Shown piece after piece: positions 1-18,055 of a DNA stretch of 64,000 bases. The DNA is from the human T2T-CHM13v2.0 reference genome, Homo sapiens. The notes beneath the pieces were generated by a model. It did not search any database. It saw nothing but the letters and a program-made list of their open reading frames with translations, and had not been told where the DNA came from. Both the position numbers and the translations under genes were made by a program. The stretch lies in assembly GCF_009914755.1 (NCBI RefSeq), contig NC_060931.1; one strand, 5' to 3'. The stretch's first letter is position 1. Each line of letters starts with the position of its first letter.

Positions 1-165
1 GTTGGGAGTTTGAGACCAGCCTGACCAACATGGAGAAACTCCATCTCTACTAAAAATACAAAATTAGCCCAGCTACTTGGGAGGCAAAACTCCATCTCAA
101 AAGAAAAAAAAAAATGCAAAAATTAGCCGGACATGGTGGCAGGCACCTGTAATCCCAGCTATTCA

Positions 166-342
<177 letters not shown>

Positions 343-750
343 TTATTAAATCTTCTGACTATTTAATAAGGGGACAAAGTGGGTAAGAGCCGGGTTTTTA
401 AAATTTTTTAATAATTCCCTATTGTATCATGATTAGTGAATATTTGGCCAGTTTTTGAGATGAGATCTCACTGTGTCACCAAGGCTGGAGAGCAGTGGTG
501 TGATCATGGCAGGAGAATTGCTTGAACCCAGAAGGCAGAGGTTGAAGTGAGCTGAGATGGCACCACTGCACTCCAGCCTGGGTGACAGAACAAGACTCCG
601 TCTCAAAGAAAAGAGAAAAAATCCACTCTGCTTAGAGAGAAAATGTTCCGTGCAACTTTTGCATCTTACTTTTAAATATCCGAGGTGAACGCTATTGGGC
701 CCACAAACCCTTCTTCATCTACACCCCAAGCGCGGCGGTGGTCATACCTA

Positions 751-852
<102 letters not shown>

Positions 853-1150
853 TCATCTTTAAAACTATCAAGCCTCATGACACAAATGCTTTGTCAAATG
901 TAAGGATATTAACTTGAAAAGTAGAACCTACACAGAGGTCAATGTCATACATAGGCAAGACATGTAAACTGCTATTTTTCTGTTTTGCTATCAAGAAAAT
1001 GGTAAAACTGCTGCACAAAGGGAAATGAGATAATGTCACAAATCAATTGCTCCTTAATAAAGTGCCATATTGGCCAGGCACGGTGGCTCACGTCTGTAAT
1101 CCCAGCACTTTGGGAGGCCGAGGTGGGCGGATCACAAGGTCATGAGTTCA

Positions 1151-1420
<270 letters not shown>

Positions 1421-1752
1421 TCATTCTATCCAGTAACTATTAGTCAATTAAGTACCTAGAGAAATCCTGTCTGTTGCCACCTGGAGTGAACAGTTGCGCC
1501 TTCCATGTAACGGAAGGTCACTCTCTCTTAGGCACCAGATCCACTGTTGTTTTACCCATTTGGACATGCTACTCATTTTACCGCCTCCGAGTATAAGTGA
1601 GCATAGAGTACCCTTTGTTTGATCTACATAGAAAAGCCTCAAAAGGCTTTTTCACAGGTTTATCTGTGTGTGTGAGAGAGAATTTTTCTATCTTCTTTCT
1701 CATGATCAGGCAAACTCATTCCTTCTTGCAGCCATGCAGATGCTGCTGTCTA

Positions 1753-2685
<933 letters not shown>

Positions 2686-3152
2686 CTAGTCCTGCGGGCG
2701 GTTCCAGGAGCTGCTTGACCTCTGATTCTGTTCTTGCCTCTCCTGTGGACACACTGAACATCCCCCTCACACTCTCTCTCTTCCTTCCTTGTCTGCTCTC
2801 ATCGCATCCTCTCTCATCTGACCCGACCAGTGGGCGGAAGCTCAGGCAGGAGGAAATATCTGGGAGGTTGCAGGTTGACTAAGTTCGAAGAAACAAGCAG
2901 GTGACGTTGGAAAGTGCTGGCTTCCAATCCTGACCTGGGGAACTTCAGATTCTTAGAACCCACCTTGGCAAGGTGCAGTGGCTCACACTTGTAATCACAG
3001 CACTTTGGGAGACTGAGGCGGGAGGACTGCTTGAGGCCGGGAATTTGAGGCCAGTCTGGGCAACCTAGGAAGACCCTGTCTCTAGAAAAAGATTTTATTT
3101 GTTTTTGTTTTTATTTTTGAGACAGAGTCTCACTCTGTCGCCCAGGCTGTAG

Positions 3153-3335
<183 letters not shown>

Positions 3336-3413
3336 TGAGGTGATCCACCTGCCTCGGCTTCCCAAAGTGCTGAGATTAACAGGCATTTAACAGGCATGAG
3401 CCATCATGCCTAG

Positions 3414-3677
<264 letters not shown>

Positions 3678-3906
3678 TGATCTTCCCACCTTGGCCTCCC
3701 AAGTAGCTGGGACTACAGGTGCTGGCCACCAAGGTGCAGTGGTGCACGCCTATAATCCCAGCACTTTGGGGGTGCTGACGTGAGAGGATCTGTTGAGCCC
3801 AGGAGGTTGAGGCTGCAGTGAACTATGACCACTGCATTCCAGCCTGGGCGACAGAGCAAGATCCTGTCTCTAATGAAAAAAAAAATAACCCGCTCGAAGG
3901 AGGTGA

Positions 3907-4296
<390 letters not shown>

Positions 4297-4671
4297 TAAA
4301 CAAATCAGCCAACAGCCTGCCCCAGGGGCACCTGCCAGGGAACGCGCTCTGCCCAGGACGCCTGAGTGGGCAGCAGGCAGCACAGTGCACAGCACCCAGC
4401 AGCATCGGATTCTCTTCCAGGAACCTGAACTCCCTGGAGGCAGCCACAGCAGCAGAGAAAAGAGGACAGCACGCCGTGGCCTGATCACCAGCCAGGACCC
4501 ATGAGGCCAGTCGGCCTCTGAGAATGCTTCTAGGAGCCCCCCGAGTCCTGCCCAGAAGCCCCCCTGACTGGGCTGGAGTGGGGGTCTGTGCCTGCAAAAA
4601 TGACCTCCCCCCCTGCCGGGAGTTTCCCGAGACAACGAGGCACAGGGCGGTTCTTGGTAAGTTGTCACTTA

Positions 4672-5077
<406 letters not shown>

Positions 5078-6229
5078 TCAGGCTCCCCTGGAACTTGGAG
5101 ATCCTCCTCGCCCCGCCAGTGACGGTCAGCCCCTCCCTCCCTCTCCCCGCTCCTCTGCAGCATGCCTCTCACCGCCCAGCTGCAGGTGGCTTCCCGGCCC
5201 AAACTTGACTCCGTTTCCATCATTGCCTGTGTGTTATTTGAATAAGTGCGTTATGCGCATGTGTTTTAAATGTCATCATTACCATTTATAAACACCATCT
5301 GTTAGCAACTCTGCATTTGGGATTTTTAGAATAGCATTTCAGGTGCTCACTCACTTTGTGGGTGGGAATTGAGCCTGGTACAATCTCTTGGCGAACAATT
5401 TGGTCCTTGCAATCAGCTTAAAAATACACATTCCCCTCAACCCCACAAGACAGGTTAAATAAAAGCCACATAATGGAATACATGCAGCCACTAAAAACAG
5501 ATCTACATGAATGGATATGGTTTGATCTCAAAATTAAAGGTACAGGCCAGGTGTGGTGGCTCACGCCTGTAATCCCCAGCACTTTGGGAGGCCAAGGTGG
5601 GAGGATCGCTTAAGCTTAGGAGTTCGAGACCAGCCTGGGCAACATGGCAAACCCTGTCTCTACAAAAAAAAAAAAAAAAAGTAAAAATAAATTAGCCGCG
5701 TGCTGCGGAGCACACCTCTAGTCACAGCTACTCAGCAGGCTGAGCCAACAGGATCGCTTGAGCCTAGGAGTTCAAGGCTGCAGTGAGTCATGATCTCACC
5801 ACTGCACTACAGCCTGGGTGACAGAGCAAGACCCCATCTCAGACTCACTAACTAACTAAGTAAATATGCCAAAGAGAGTGTATAATAAACTATGTGTGTT
5901 TGTAAAAAGCAAGACAGGCTACAGAAGTTCCAGGCTGCAGTGTTATGATCGTACCACTATACTCCAGCCTGGGCAACAGAGCAAGACCCTGTCTCAAAGA
6001 AAAAAGTAGGACAAGCTACATACATGTACGTGTGCTCTCTGTGCTTAGAACACATAGAATACCTCTAGAACACACAGATGAAACCAATAACAATTACTGG
6101 CGGGTCCCATGCAGTCATGAGTTACTAGATCCTCTGGTTCTGCAAATTTTTCTTAACCCATATGCTGAATGACATCTACGAAAACAGTCTGTTCAATTGT
6201 GGGAAACTGATTGTTCCATCCAATAATCA

Positions 6230-6756
<527 letters not shown>

Positions 6757-7350
6757 TGAGTCCTAGTGAGTCCTACTCTGAGCTGCCTCCATGCTGGGCT
6801 CCATCCTTCTCTAAAAAGGATCTAAGAGGTCCTCATCTTCATGACCTAAGGATGACCTCAGCTACAAAAATGTGTTCTCAACCGGGTGCGGGGGCTCACA
6901 CCTGCAATCCCAGCACTTTAGGAGTCTGAGGCAGGAGGATAACTTGTGCCCGGCAGTTCAAGACCAGCCCTGGCAACGTAGCAACTCCTTGTCTCTACCA
7001 AAAAAAAAAAAAAAAAAAATTAAATTAGCCAGGCGTGCTAGCTCACACCTGTAGTCCCAGCTATTCAAGAGGCTGAGGAGGGAGGATCATTTGACTCCAG
7101 GAGGTCGAGGCCACAATGAGTTATGATTGTGCCACTGCACTCCAGCTTGGGTGACACAGTGAGACCCTGTCTCAAAAAATATAAAATAATCAGGAAAAGA
7201 AACAAATCTAAAATAACTTTTGTTATATTGAGCATTATTTTTACCTTAAATAGGTAATCAGGTTTCAGAATAAAATCGGCATGAAGAGCTTCCGATTTCT
7301 TTTGAAGCATCAGTGGATTTTACTGAAGATTTACAAATCTACGACCATCA

Positions 7351-7542
<192 letters not shown>

Positions 7543-7708
7543 CTATATAACTATGTAATGGGAAGAATGAAGTCAGAAAAAAAAAAATATATATATATAT
7601 ATATACACAGAGCTAGAAAGTAGAAGAGGTTACCAGGGGTTTGAAAGTAGGGTGAGGAATGAAGGCATTTCGGGGTTTTTTTGTTTGTTTTTTGGGGATT
7701 TTTTTTGA

Positions 7709-7816
<108 letters not shown>

Positions 7817-8129
7817 TGAGTAGCTGGGATTACAGGCACATGTCACCACGCCCAGCTAATTATTGTGTTTTTAGTAGAGATGGAGTTTCACCATATTGGC
7901 CAGACTGGTCTCAAACTCCTGGCCTCAAGTGATCTGCCCGCCTCAGCCTCCCAAAGTGCTGGGATTACAGGCTTGAACCACCGCATCTGGCCAGGAGTTA
8001 CTATTTAATAGACGGTCGTACAACACTATGAACGTACTTAATGCCATTGAATTGTACACTTAAAATAATTAAGATAGTACATTTTGTTATATGTTTCACC
8101 ACAATAAACTCTATATATACACACGCCAT

Positions 8130-8262
8130 GGGGCTGTATGTTTGCTATTTGGGTGATGGGCTTACTAGAAGCCCAAACCTCAGCATCACACAACATGCCC
8201 ATGTAACAAACCTGCACATGTAACCCTCTAAATCTAAAATAAAATAATTTTTTTAAATACAT
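8130..8262 (+). mobile_element. L1 3'-end fragment (L1PB-like)
   Basis: GGGTGATGGG...AGAAGCCCAAACCTCAGCATCAC...CCATGTAACAAACCTGCACATGTA...AATCTAAAATAAAA. Confidence 0.8.
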
Positions 8263-8338
8263 AAAATTACCTTCAGGCCAGGCACAGTGGCTTACGCCTG
8301 TAATCCCAGCACTTTGGGAGGCTGAGGCAGGTGGCTCA

Positions 8339-8898
<560 letters not shown>

Positions 8899-10044
8899 TT
8901 ACTTGAATCAAATGATTTCTTTGGTTCAGAGCTGCTTGTTTCAAAGCACTGATGAGTTTTATCTGAAAAATAAAAATTACGTCTCCAAACACTTGGGGTT
9001 TTCATTTGTAGTTAAAATTTCAGTTTTACAACACAATGTCATTATCATTCTCCTGACAAAGTCTGAAAAATTAGTTACCAGGGCCGGGTGTGGTGGCTCA
9101 CACCTGCGATCTCAGCACGTTGAAGGGCCAAGGTGGGAGGATCATGTGAGTCCAGGAGAGGGAGATCAGCCTAGGCCACGTAGTGAGATGCCACCTCTCT
9201 ACAAAAAATAAAAATAAATTAGCCAGGCGTGGTGGCACATGCCTGTAGTCCCAGCTACTAGGGAGGCTCAGGTGGGAGGACTGCTTGAGCCTGGGAGGTC
9301 GAGGCTGCAGTGAGTAGTGTCACACCACTGCACTCCAGTCTGGGTATCAGAGCAAGACTCTGTCTCAAAAATGACTATAATTACAAGTTTCAAGTACCAT
9401 CAGTTTATAAAAATACAACCTCAACATCGCATTGCTTGTTCCTAAAATTTTTTTATTTTTAATTTTTGAGACAGAGTCTCACTCTGTCACCCAGGCTGGA
9501 GGGCAGTGGCACAATCACAGCTCACTCTAGCCTCAACCTCCTAGGCTCTGACGATCCTTCCATCTCAGCCTCCCAAGTAGCTGGGACCACAGGCATGCAT
9601 TACCACACCTGGCTAATTTTTTGTAGAGACAGGGTCTTGCTATCTTGCCCCGGCTGGTCTGGAACTCCTGAGCTCAAGCAATCCGCCTGTCTCAGCCTCC
9701 CAAAGTGCTGGGATTATAGGTGTGAGCCACTGTACCTTGCCCCAAAAATTATTTAAGTTGGAACCATTGTCTAGCATTGTTTCTTGAAAGGTAACCCTAC
9801 ACATGAAATAGGCTACTTCACCTCTCAGGTCTTGCATGCAGCCAATTCACACTTTAAAAGCCCCTCTCTGGCCGGATGCAGTGGCTCACACCTGTAGTCC
9901 CAGCACTTTGGGAGGCCAAGGCAGGTGGATCACGAGGTCAGGAGATTGAGACCACCCTGGCTAACACTGTGAAACCCCGTCTCTACTAAAAATACAAAAA
10001 ATTAGCCAGGCATGGTGGCACATGCCTGTAATCCCAGCTACTCA

Positions 10045-10391
<347 letters not shown>

Positions 10392-10908
10392 TGAGTAGCT
10401 GGGACTACAGGCACCCGCCACCACACCTGGCTAATTCTTTTTGTATTTTTAGTAGAGACGGGGTTTCACCGGGTTAGCCAGGATGGTCTCGATCTCCTGA
10501 CCTCGTGATCTGCCCGCCTTGGCCTCCAAAGTGCTGGGATTACAGGCGTGAGTCACCGGGTGTGGGTGCCCGGCCCAGTTCTGTGTTTTTTGGGTTTGTT
10601 TTTTTTTTTTTTTTTTTAGACAGACTCTCTAGCCCTGTCCTGCAGGTTGGAATGCAGTGGCAGGATCTTGGCTCACTGGCTCACTGCAACCTCACTGCAG
10701 GTTCAAGTGATTCTCCTGCCTCAGCCTCTCGAGTAGCTGGGATTACAGGCACCTGCCTCCATACTCAGCTAATTTTTGTATTTTTAGTAGAGATGGGGTT
10801 TCACTGTGTTGGCCAGGCTGGTGTCGAACTCCTGACCTCGTGATCTGCCCGCCTTGGCCTCCCAAAGTGCTGGGATAACAAGTGTGAGCCACCGTGCCTG
10901 GCTGGTTT

Positions 10909-10943
<35 letters not shown>

Positions 10944-11284
10944 AGACGGGGTGTTGTACATTTTGCCCAGGCTGGTTTCAAACTCCTGGCCTCAAGCAAT
11001 CTTCCCACCTTCTCCTCCCAAAGTGCTAGGATTGCGGGCATGAGCCACTGAGCTCGGCCAAGTGCTGTGTTCTGAAGCAAGCTGCTTAATCTCCTCTGCC
11101 TCACAAATAGAAATAACAGAACCTTGTCTCATAAGAATTAAACCGATGACACACAGAAAAATCCCTAAGTACAGGATACAGAGCAAAGTCAATAAATTGA
11201 GTGATTATCTCGTCCCTTTCCTGTTTTCAAACTTGAAATCATTGGTTTCCCACTCCCTCTAGCACTGCCATCGATTGAGTGCCT

Positions 11285-11418
11285 CTCATATGCCGGACAA
11301 GCAAGGACCGGTGTGCTGGAGTTGCGTTTCCAGCGCATGGTTGCTTGAGCTGTATTTCCAGCGCATCGTTGCTCGAGCTCCGTTTCCAGCGCATATCTTT
11401 GCTTGTCTGGCATATGAG
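11285..11418. repeat. 23-bp inverted repeat enclosing three 28-bp tandem units
   Basis: Arms 11285-11307 and 11396-11418; TTTCCAGCGCAT at 11327, 11355, 11383. Confidence 0.92.
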
Positions 11419-12189
11419 CTGCGGTGCAGGGTTTCAAAGCCATAGTTTTCATGGCTTTCCTAATCTGGCCCCGCTGAAAGCACCCTGGTCCATCAGGCAG
11501 GATGCATAGGTGAGCCCTGTGGTGAAGGCCAGGTCTGGTCCCTTTTCGTAGGCCCCGACGGGTGCAGTGGGCACTTCTTGCCCTCTTCTTCCTGGATGCC
11601 ATCCTCTGGACACCCCACCCTCCAGCTGAACCCATCTCCAGCCTTCTCTCTTCCTCCATTATTTATTTATTGAGACAGGGTCTCGCTCTGTCACCCAGGC
11701 TGGAGTGCAGTGGCACAGTCTTGGCTCACTGCAACCTTCCGGGTTCAAGTGATTCTTCTGCCCTAGCCTCCCAAGTAGTTGGGATTACAGGTGCCTGCAA
11801 CCACTCCCGGCTAATTTTTGTATTTTTAGTAGAGCCAGGGTTTCACCATGTTGCCCAGGCTGGTCTCAAACTCCTAACCTCAGGTGATCCGCCCGCCTCG
11901 GCCTCCCAAAAGTGCTGGGGTTACAGGCGTGAGCCACCGCGCCCGGCCAAGCCTTCTCTCTTCCTTCCAACACCCTTGCTCCTTCCCGCCCCCGACTACT
12001 GTCTCAGCGAAGCCGCCCCTGGGTCCCCTAGCCCAAGGTGCTCTCACCTCTAAATTTAGAGGGGCCTTTACTACGAGCTTTTCGGTCTTCTGTCAGTGAT
12101 CTACAAATAAGTGAACTACAAATCAAGCCAATTTCGTTTCTCAGTGCGTTTCCTAATGTTTCCTCTGTTCTCCTGGGCTTAAGGAGAGG

Positions 12190-12600
12190 CCATCTCTCTC
12201 CTGTGTCTACGGTGAGCCGGGAAGAATCGGCTCCCTGCACTGGTCTGCCCGGCCTAGGCCCTCCTCGCCCATCACGCACGTGCTCGGGTCCTGGGAGGCC
12301 GCGTCAGTCCGGCCGGGAAGGAGCAGGACCCAGTCGCCATGGCTGTCCCGGCGTACGCAGGACCGCGGCCTGGGGCGCTCACCTCGCTCCAGGAGCCCAG
12401 AGACCTCGCCGGGCTAGGGCTGAGGTGTTGCCGGGCTCTCGGCGTCCCAGACCCGGCTCCGGTCTCCAGGCAACCGCGGACGCCGCCAGGCCCACCCTGT
12501 GCTCTTAAAGGGGCCGCGCGCCAGCGCCAAGCAGGTGTCCCGCCCTTGCTGGTCCTGAAGGCCGGGGGAAAGGCTGGACGCTGGAGGCAGCAGGCCAGGG
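12190..12600 (-). promoter_or_regulatory. RSPH10B: RSPH10B CpG-island promoter with RFX X-box
   Basis: CpG-dense; GTTGCCTGGAGAC (-) at 12462-12474; TATA-like TTTAAG (-) near 12504-12509. Confidence 0.75.
12383..12480 (-). other. RSPH10B: Probable RSPH10B non-coding exon 1 (5' end approximate)
   Basis: Strong donor GAG|GTGAGC at 12383/12382 inside the CpG island, upstream of the acceptor at 8962. Confidence 0.65.
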
Positions 12601-12713
12601 TTTTCCCAGCTCTGCTAACTGCTTCATCATAAAATAGGAATAACGCAGGCATTAGTTTTCCATTGCTGCCGCAAACAAATTACCATAAATTTAGTGGTTC
12701 GAAGCAACACAAA

Positions 12714-12719
12714 TTTATT
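12714..12719 (-). terminator. AATAAA poly(A) signal inside the MLT1 LTR
   Basis: Minus strand reads GTAATAAATTTGTGTTGC...TTTATGGTAATTTGTTTG: hexamer plus U/GU-rich downstream element at the native LTR position. Confidence 0.6.
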
Positions 12720-12811
12720 ACCCTACAGTATGTAAATTAGTCCCACAGTGCTGGTTCCTTCCAGAGGCTGAGGGAGAGAATGCGTTTTCTTGCCTTTTCC
12801 AGCTTTTCCAG

Positions 12812-13338
12812 AAGCGGTCCCCAACCTTTTTGGCACCAGAGACCGGTTTCGCGGAACACAATTTTTCCATGGATTGGGGTCGGGGAGGGATGGTTTCAGG
12901 ACGATTCAAGTGCATTGCATTTATTGTGCACTTTATTTCTATTATTATTACATTGTAACATATAATTAAATAATTCTACAACTCACCATCACAGAGACTC
13001 AGTGGGAGCCCTGAGCTTGTTTTCCTGCAACTAGACAGCCCCATCTGGGGGTGACGGGAGACAGTGACAGATCATCAGGCATCAGATTCTCATAAGGAGC
13101 GTGCAACCTACATCCCTCGTGTGTGCAGTTCACAATAGGGCTCGTGCTGCTATGAGAATCTAATGCCCACCGCTGATGTGACAGGAGGCGGAGCTCGGGT
13201 GGTAACGCCAGCGACGGGGAGTGGCTATAAATACAGATGAAGCTTCGCTGGCTTGCCGGCCCCTAACCTGCTGTGCACCCCACTTCCTAATAGGCCATGG
13301 ACCACTACTGGTCTGTGTCCGGAGTGTTGGAATCCCTG
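12812..13338 (+). mobile_element. MER1A non-autonomous hAT-Charlie DNA transposon
   Basis: Degenerate TIRs AGCGGTCCCCAACC ... GTTGGAATCCCTG; about 527 bp; hAT-like target TTCTAGAG at 13339-13346. Confidence 0.85.
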
Positions 13339-13509
13339 TTCTAGAGACTGCTTGCAATCCTTGACTAGTGGTACCTCCTTCCATCTCCAAAACCAGCAAG
13401 GCAGCCTCTCTCTGGCCAGCAGGGAAAGGTCTCCACCTTTGAAGGACTCACCCAATGGACTGGGCCCACCCAGACAATCCAGGATAATCTCTCTGTTGCA
13501 AGATCCTTA

Positions 13510-13811
<302 letters not shown>

Positions 13812-14539
13812 AGATCCTTCACTCAATCACACCTGCCGAGTCCCTTCTGCCACGTGAGGCAGCGTGGTCACAGGTTCTGGGGATTAGGACACAGCTGTCT
13901 TGGGGGCTGTTATCCTGCCACAGCTCCCAATCTGGAGAGTTCATAAGTGGGATCCTGCAGACCACGCCAGCACAGTGCCAGACACGATGGCACAGTGACT
14001 ACTGTACTGCCTCCTCCATCTGAGGGATTCTAAAGCAGGAAGGGGAGCCGCCCACAGTCTGGAGAAGGGGTGGGGGCAGCAGGGGGAGCCACATCTGTCA
14101 TCTCTGGGCCCCCAAGAGGGCATCTTTACTTCCATTTTCAGCCAAGTTCAAACAGGACAAGGTTCCATGAAAACTATTTGAAAAGACAGACAGGGATTCT
14201 TATATTCCCAGAACCATTCAAGGCCAGTAACTGGAATGTTCTACAGTTCACATCCTGAGGAAACCAAATCACAGCATCAAATTATGGGAAATCAAACTCT
14301 TTTTGTTCCCCTGCGAGGACAGCATTTTGCGACCTTGGCCGCACAGAGGAATGTTTCAAATAGTGACCCCTGTCCCATCCAGTCATTTTCTTCCAGCCGG
14401 GCAGAGAATCCCCCGTGTTTAAAAATTTAATGTGAATGAGGGCTGAGAATCACTAACTGAAAAGGACCCTACTTTTAAATTTATGAAATTAAACAAAGAT
14501 GAATTTAATTATTGTTAAGGGTTGAAAGTTATAGACTAA

Positions 14540-15009
<470 letters not shown>

Positions 15010-15162
15010 TGAAAAGGTTCTCAAGATCACTTTTAAATGGGTGTGATGTGTATTTTTTTTAAGTAGCAGGTTCATTTTAAAACAAAAAAGGTTAGTGAAG
15101 ACTCTGTCTTTCAAAACATAAAAATCTGCGATAAAACCAATTATTCCATACAGTGACTACGG

Positions 15163-15327
<165 letters not shown>

Positions 15328-17788
15328 TCAACGTTTTAGTAGTTTTTTGACGTCAGAATGGCAGCTCTTCAGAAGCATTCTTCTCTAAAATAAGGCTGGA
15401 CAAGATTACAGCTCAAAAACTACCTTCCCTGAAAAACCTTCCCCCAGAGAAGCCTAGGTTCTAGATCTCAGCCCTCCACCCTTCTGTGAAATCAGGCTCC
15501 TTGTGGCTCCTTCAAGGTGGCACCGCCTCCACTCCAGACGCCGACCACACCTGTCTCAGCAGCCACCCTGCCCTCTCACCCTGGCAGGTGCAGCAGCCTC
15601 CCAGCAGGCCTCCCTGCCCCACTGCGACCCCTCCGAGCCGCTCTCCACTCAGCAGCCAGTGATTACTTTTAAAGGGCTGTCAGGTTATTCATTCCACTTC
15701 ACAGCTCTCCCCCTCACCTGAATAAAAGCCCCCGTCTGTCCCCTGACTTGGCCCTCGCTGGGCTGTGCCTGCACCCCCACCTCCAAGCACGAATGCCTCC
15801 CTTCCTCACCCCAGCTGCACTGCTACTCCCTTCCTCTTGCACAGGCCCATCACGCAAACACCTGCCTTGGGACTGTGGCACTCCCGGGACCCTCTCCCCC
15901 AATGGGTGCAGGCGTCACTCCCCCTCTGTCGAGCTCCGACCTGCTGCCCATAGCACTCCAGCCCTGGCCCTGCTGCCTCCCTGCGATGGGTCCTCTGACA
16001 GGAAGGAGAGGACACAAGCCTGAAGCCCAATGTCACCTTCTTTCTTCCTGCAGCACCCTGAGGGCTCGCCATGTGCCAAGCACAGTCAGAAGGCTGGGGT
16101 GACAGCAGGTTGGAGAAGGACAGACAATCAACAAGTCAACAGAGAACCAAGACAGGTGGCACCCAGGCGAGGCGGCCTGCTCAGGTGTGGGGATGGGGTG
16201 AAGGGTGACGGTGGCAAACCCAGGTAGAGAGGAGAGTAGGGAGAAAGGGTGTAAGGCAGGGAGGAGACTGAGGCGAGCGTGGAACTGGAAGGCAGCTACA
16301 TGGCTGGAAGCTACATGGTGGGGAGATGGGGCTGGAAGGGTGGGCAGGGCTCAAAGCAGGAGCCTCCTGGGCAGGCAGTGACAACACCGGAGATGGACGG
16401 GTAGGCCAGGGCGAGAGGGAAGGAGCAGCCTGTGGTTCCCCGGGCCACTGAGTCACACTAAACTCAGGACATCAAAACTGCCCGGCTATGAGCTCAGCTC
16501 CACGCTCTCACTCACAGACTCCAAGACTGGAAGATCCATATTATGTCTTTTATTTTGGTGAGGTCAGGGGTGGTGGAGAGACTCTGTCTCCCAGGCTGGA
16601 ATGCAATGGTGCGATCTCAGCTCACTGCAACTCCGCCTCCCAGATCCAAGCAATTCTCCCGCTTCAGCCTCCCGAGTAGCTGGGATTACAGGCGCCCACC
16701 ACCATGCCCAGCTAATTTTCGTACTTTTAGTAGGGATGGGGTTTCACCATGTTGGCCAAGCTGGTCTCAAATTCCTGACCTCAGGTGATCAACCCACCTC
16801 CGCCTTCCAAAGTGCTGGGATTACAGGTGTGAGCCACCACGCCCAGCCCCTATTAGGTCTTTATCCAAGAAACACTGTGGCTAGAAGTCAGACTCTGGGC
16901 CCTCTTCTAATTAAACTCTGCCCTTGAGTCATTTCATCTAATCTCATGGCTGTAAATTACACCTGAAGCTCACACAGCAGGCTCCATCCCACCCACTCCC
17001 CACGTGGCCCCCAGCTGCTGCTCTCCCCAGCGGCCGCAGCCACCGCACCCCTTCCAGTCTGTTCTCTCTCCAGCAGCTGCAATCACGGGACTCCTTCCCG
17101 TCTGTTCTCTCCAGTGGCTCGCGCCACACACTGCACAGACCCCCAGGGTCTAGGTATGACCGGCAACACTCTACGTGGCTGTCCTCTGGACGCCGCTCTG
17201 CTCACTCCCTTCCCCTCTCCAGGGACACAATCAGCCTCTGGCTTCAGTCTTGCTACTTCCTTCGCTTGGAAAGTTCTTACCCAAGAGGGCTCCATTCTAC
17301 CTTTTTTTTTTTTTTTTTTTTGAGACAAGGTCTTACTCTGTCACCCAGGCTGGAGTGCAGTTGCGTGATGTTGGCTCATTGTAACCTCGACCTCCCTGGC
17401 TCAAGTGATCCTCCCACCTCAGCCTCCTGAGTAGCTGTGACTACAGGCACATGCCACCACACCTGGCTAATCTTTTAATTTTTTGTACACATGGGGTCTG
17501 CCTGTGTTGCCCAGGCTGGTCTCTTAACTCCTGGCCTCAAGCAATCCTCCTGCCTTGGCCTCCCAAAATGCTGGGATTACACGTGTGAGCCACCATGCCT
17601 GGCTTCCATCCCACCTTTTAGATGGCAGCTGAGATGCCACCTGCCCAGATGCCATTCCCTGACCACCATCTCACCTGGTCACCATGTTTTTCTCTTGTCA
17701 TTTCCTGCCCCAAAACGCTGTTTTAGGCCAGGTGCGGTGGCTCACGCCTGTAATCCCAGCACTTTGGGAGGCCAAGGCGGGCAGATCA

Positions 17789-18055
<267 letters not shown>

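Noticed and set aside
1499-1651. Two short hairpins (CCTTCC/GGAAGG and AAAAGCCT/AGGCTTTT)
   Set aside because: Stems of 6-8 bp are expected by chance in 64 kb
11314-11394. Regularly spaced repeats resembling a mini-CRISPR
   Set aside because: Eukaryotic DNA, the spacers resemble each other and there are no cas genes; it is a tandem repeat (reported as a hairpin finding)
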